64,000 bases of DNA from Mobula hypostoma (taxonomy: Eukaryota): the NCBI RefSeq assembly GCF_963921235.1, contig NC_086097.1:76634001-76698000 (forward strand). The letters run 5' to 3'. Below the pieces are notes generated by a model. That model was not told the DNA's origin. It worked only from the letters and a program-made list of their open reading frames with translations, and ran no database searches. Below, piece after piece: positions 63,345 through 64,000 of this stretch; within the stretch, counting starts at the first letter, position 1; every line of letters starts with the position of its first letter. Both the position numbers and the translations under genes were made by a program.

Positions 63345-64000
63345 TATGTCAAAAAGCCAAAGAAAAATGGTTAAACCAGGAATGTGAGTAAGTAGAAAAA
63401 ATCCCTATTACTGATCCAAAAAGGTTACATCAACAAATCAAGAATATCACTGGTAAAAAAAGCTCCTCTGTTCTTCAGGTGGATGTTTGAAAGCAAAGGA
63501 CGGTACCATTATCATGGAAAAAGATGAGATTATGAACAGATAAACTGTGTATATTCAGGAATTGTTTGAAGACGATCGAGGTGAAAAACCAGAAATTAAG
63601 AACATTGAAGGTCCAAGTATTTTAAAATCTGAAGTTCGTAATGCAATGAAAAAAATGAAAAAGGAAAGGCAGCAGGTCCTGATGAATTAGTAATAGAACA
63701 AATTATTGCCCTTGAAGATTATGGAATTGAAAAACTTACTGATTTAATTAATGATATTTATGAGACTGGAATAATACCAGAAGAGATGAAAAAATCAGTA
63801 TTTATCACTCTTCCTAAGAAACTGGAGCAATAGAATATGAACTACATAGGACCATAAGTTTAATGAGTCATTTCACCAAGATGCTTCTAAGAATTTTGAT
63901 GACAAGAGCTAAAAGTAAGGTACAAGCTGAAATAGGTAAGGAACAATGTGGTTTTGTGAAAGACAAAGGTACAAAAAACACAATATTGATGTTAAGGATA
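63345..64000 (+). mobile_element. RTE-clade LINE RT fragment (runs off the window)
   Basis: KAKEKWL, ILKSEVRNAMKKM, GKAAGPDEL, SVFITLPKK, HRTISLMSH, EQCGFVKDKGT. Confidence 0.88.

Noticed and set aside
54043..64000. RYR3 exon 3 (expected ..PPDL..FVLEQSLSVRALQEML)
   Set aside because: Not seen by eye; probably lies beyond the window.
1..64000. CRISPR arrays, operons or other prokaryotic systems
   Set aside because: No regular repeat-spacer array; the RTs are eukaryotic LINE/PLE types and the host gene is spliced.

Overview
Vertebrate genomic DNA, most likely from a cartilaginous fish. That assignment is inferred from the CR1, Penelope, V-SINE, DeuSINE and Rex1 repeat repertoire, not shown directly. 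The only host gene I can support is the 5' end of a ryanodine receptor, best matching RYR3, on the + strand: coding exon 1 at 15363-15410 and exon 2 at 53923-54042, separated by a 38.5-kb phase-0 GT-AG intron. A CpG-rich promoter region surrounds exon 1. Much of the rest is transposon-derived: CR1 LINEs (one near full length, with ORF1 esterase and ORF2), Penelope-like elements (PLEs), L1/Tx1, Nimb/I, HERO, Rex1/Babar, L2, RTE, SINEs, solo LTRs and DNA-transposon remnants. The most striking structure is a family of short, TSD-flanked, fold-back PLE termini carrying minimal type I hammerhead ribozyme motifs. The best example is a 238-bp palindrome in intron 1 (32002-32239) with one intact hammerhead core per arm; its only mismatch falls at the variable N7 position of the core. 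All repeat family names come from motif recognition, not database searches, and boundaries without a TSD are approximate.
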